NCBI GenBank assembly: GCA_964035545.1 | Contig: CAXIUT010000298.1 | Span: forward strand, 1-13,114 | DNA: 13,114 bases | Reading direction: 5' to 3' | DNA from: Bugula neritina | Lineage: Eukaryota; Animalia; Bryozoa | In this document: positions 10,769 through 13,114 of the stretch, piece after piece | Position numbering within the stretch: position 1 is the stretch's first letter | How the letters are laid out: the number at the start of each line of letters is the position of its first letter | Translations under genes and position numbers: made by a program | Notes under the pieces: generated by a model | The model's database searches: none | What the model was told of the DNA's origin: nothing | The model's input: the letters and a program-made list of their open reading frames with translations, nothing else

Positions 10769-11395
10769 ATGCAGTCGTAAGAAGCGGTGAAAGGATAACT
10801 CCAACTGAAGACGAAAGATTCAGAAGGTAGTCAAGTTCAATTACCAGCAGCAGATTCCTCGTACACTAATTTTATACCCAATAATAACAAAAATAAAGAG
10901 GAAAATCAGGAAGGTTTAATATAGAACTTTTATAATAATGGAATGATGTTCAATAAAATTAAAAGTTCAAAGAAGTATTTCTTAAAAGAGAAATTAAAAA
11001 GAATAAAAAGAATCAGTTAAGAACAGTAATTAAGATACACCAAGAAATTAAGAAATAAGAACAGAACAAGGATAAAAATGTTAAGGAAAAAATAAACATA
11101 GAGAAAGTAGCTTTTTTTTTAAAAAAAAATTATAGAAGAAGATAAAGGTAAATAGAAGAAAAATAGAAGAAGAAAGAAAAAAAGATCCAAAATATAGAAG
11201 TCGATCTAGAGAATATAAAAAGCATTCTAAACAGGATGAAGAAAGCTAAGAAAAATTAAAGAGAAAACAAACTACAAGAGATAAAGCAAAAAAAAGAAAA
11301 TACTCGATAAATTAATAAGAAAAAGAGGATAATATATTTGTTAGATAGTATTTTATAGAATAATAAAAAATATACTAAATGGAATAATATAAAAA
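10769..11395 (+). CDS. Charged (K/E/R-rich) hypothetical gene, apparently truncated by the telomeric tract
   Basis: ATG 10769 (MQS[E]EAVKG[E]LQLK..). Unspliced, it stops at TGA 11237-11239. With a candidate 19-nt intron at 11148-11166 (or a 1-nt indel) it reads ..EEDKEEERKKDPKYRSRSREYKK..KIYEMEEYKK straight into the G4T2 repeats without a stop. Confidence 0.45.
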
Positions 11396-11465
11396 GGGGT
11401 TGGGGTTGGGGGTTGGGGTTGGGGTTGGGGTTGGGGTTGGGGTTGGGGTTGGGGTTGGGGTTGGG
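11396..11465 (+). repeat. Internal telomeric tract (GGGGTT)n, about 11.5 units
   Basis: Direct reading. One unit has G5 and the tract ends ..TTGGG. G4T2 is the Tetrahymena-type ciliate telomere repeat. Confidence 0.97.
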
Positions 11466-11495
11466 AGAAATCAAACATAAAATTCATCCATGTAT

Positions 11496-11610
11496 GATAG
11501 AAAATATCCTTTACAGCAACTTACACATACTTTTGACCAAAAACTGAAAATATAATTCAAAAATGTTGGTCAGAATTATGTGTAAGTTGTTGTAAAGGAT
11601 ATTTTTTATT
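11496..11610. repeat. Long inverted repeat / hairpin (45-bp stem, 25-nt loop)
   Basis: 11496-11540 pairs with 11566-11610: 40 Watson-Crick pairs, 4 G.T pairs and 1 C.T mismatch on the + strand. Confidence 0.92.
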
Positions 11611-11768
11611 TGATAAGGCCAAGAGAATATCAAAAAAAAAGACTATATCTAAATTACTTTAGATAAATGATTTTATAAATTATTATAAATAAATGAAAAT
11701 TTTTAATGAAATAAAAAATTTAATATTATTTTTCTTTATCTTATTTTTGTTGATAATTATTAAATTAT

Positions 11769-11863
11769 TTGGGGTTGGGGTTGGGGTTGGGGTTGGGGTT
11801 GGGGTTGGGGTTGGGGTTGGGGTTGGGTTGGGGTTGGGGTTGGGGTTGGGGTTGGGGTTGGGT
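11769..11863 (+). repeat. Second internal telomeric tract (GGGGTT)n, about 15.5 units
   Basis: Direct reading. Same orientation as the first tract, one internal G3T2 variant, ends ..TTGGGT followed by AACC. Confidence 0.97.
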
Positions 11864-12729
11864 AACCAGCAGCAAATTCCAGTAAAAAGATCCTGTGTTC
11901 AACAAAAATGAATAGTAAAATAGGGAAAATAAAATAATTAACAGATAAAAATCAAGAGATTAGTTAGAAAGTTCAAATGTTTCGGAAAATTAAAAAAACA
12001 AGAATATTTTAAAGATCATAGTTGGATTCTTAATTCTAATAAAGAGTCTATATATTTTGAAGTAAAATTAGAGAAATATAACAATAACAGTTAAATGGCC
12101 TCATAAATCTTTGATATTTGAAAAAAAGTTGTTGTAAAAAGCAATGTATTAAAATATGCTATTTGATAAAAATTAACATAAATAAAGAGTACTTAGCTGA
12201 TTTAATTTGATATTATAAACTATAAAAATAGAAAAAGCCAAGAACAAAGAATTAAATAAATTGAAAAAATAAAACCTAAGGTTCAATGAACAGATTGAAT
12301 ATATTAGATTCTCACATGTTAGAAATAGTTGTATGGATTGATTAGGAAGTTAATTTTATGAATTCTTCATTTTAAAGCAAAATGGCTGCTTAGTGCACCA
12401 ATAACTAAGATATTACTGGACTTGCAGCCATTAATGACTTGGCTTTTAGATTCAAGATAGCTTTTTAATGAAGAACCAATGATTCCTCTGTCGAGAAACC
12501 AACAACACTTTTATCTAATAGATTTTAAATAATTATTATTTGAGGTAATAAAGTGTTTAAGAATAGTGATTAGACTACAACATAGATATCTGATCGAATG
12601 CCAATGAAAATGGATTATTCTCTTTTGTAATTTTTATACTTTATATATTTAATAAAATATTTATTATGTTTCAATTATTTTATAAAAACGATTTTTAATA
12701 TTAATCAATGAATAATCAGTTTCACTCCT

Positions 12730-13114
12730 TCATTTCTTAAGTTGCTTTGCTTTTTAAAAACAATTATTAGCTTTTTCTGTTTTATTCATCTTCCTAAGTG
12801 CATATCCTAAGTTATTATAAGCCAATGAATAATTAGGATTGATTTCAATTGCTTTTTAGTAGCACTTGATTGCCTACTCATATTTATTCATATCATAAAG
12901 TGCTAATCCTAAGTTAATTAATAAGCTGATGAATCATTAGGATTGATTTCAATTGCTTTTTAGTAGCACTTGATTGCCTACTCATTTTTATTTACTTCAT
13001 TAAGTGCTAATCCTAAGTTATAATAAGCCAATGAATAATTAGGATTGATTTCAATTGCTTTTTAGTAGCACTTGATTGCCTACTCATTTTTAGTCATCAT
13101 AAAAAGTGCTGATC
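12730..13114 (-). CDS. 3' end of a TPR-repeat protein gene (5'-partial), with a 2-nt frameshift in one repeat (pseudogene or sequencing error)
   Basis: The reverse strand reads 34-aa units such as AYYNLGLALNEVNKNE[E]AIKCY[E]KAIEINPND (TPR consensus), then a capping helix YALRKMNKTEKANNCF[E]KAKQLKK and TGA 12732-12730. Five nt at 12916-12920 replace one codon. Confidence 0.88.
12781..13114. repeat. Tandem 102-bp repeat (units start at 12805, 12907 and 13011; the middle unit is 104 bp) encoding TPRs
   Basis: The 50-bp block attaggattg..gcctactcat is identical in all three units; period 102 = 34 codons. Confidence 0.95.

Noticed and set aside
11856-11867. GGGT|AACC at the end of tract 2 as a head-to-head telomere fusion scar
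   Set aside because: Only 4 nt of C-strand-like sequence, which is also part of the match to 10843; too short to support.
11256-11911. ORF-track entries with NPNPNP and GVGVGV/GLGLGL runs
   Set aside because: These are translations of the telomeric hexamer, not proteins.
11866-12630. + frame 1 read with TGA=Trp looks superficially protein-like
   Set aside because: TGA occurs about equally in all three frames (6/7/6 by hand count), there is no recognisable motif, and TGA clearly terminates the conserved genes.
12781-13114. Possible CRISPR array or non-coding satellite (constant block alternating with variable block)
   Set aside because: The 'spacers' are homologous to each other, the period is 34 codons and the reverse strand encodes canonical TPRs.

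Overview
Very gene-dense, AT-rich eukaryotic nuclear DNA, most likely the macronuclear genome of a peritrich-type oligohymenophorean ciliate. The supplied ORF track uses the wrong code. Conserved positions in Rab11, tRNase Z and a Mei2-like RRM show that TAA and TAG encode Glu and only TGA is a stop (NCBI table 30, peritrich nuclear code). Read this way, 1-11395 is almost wall-to-wall genes: long-form tRNase Z (5'-partial), RPS10, three hypothetical proteins (two coiled-coil), Rab11, a B-box/coiled-coil/Gln-rich protein, RPL21, a Mei2-like RRM protein, a Lys/Ser-rich protein and two more hypothetical genes. Introns are tiny (19-22 nt GT..AG) and spacers are 34-244 bp. The right end differs. 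Two same-orientation internal (GGGGTT)n telomeric tracts enclose a 305-bp spacer with a 45-bp hairpin. After them come a degenerate segment resembling the gene upstream of the first tract, and a minus-strand TPR array of near-identical 102-bp units that vary mainly at TPR ligand-binding positions. All translations and alignments were done by hand.
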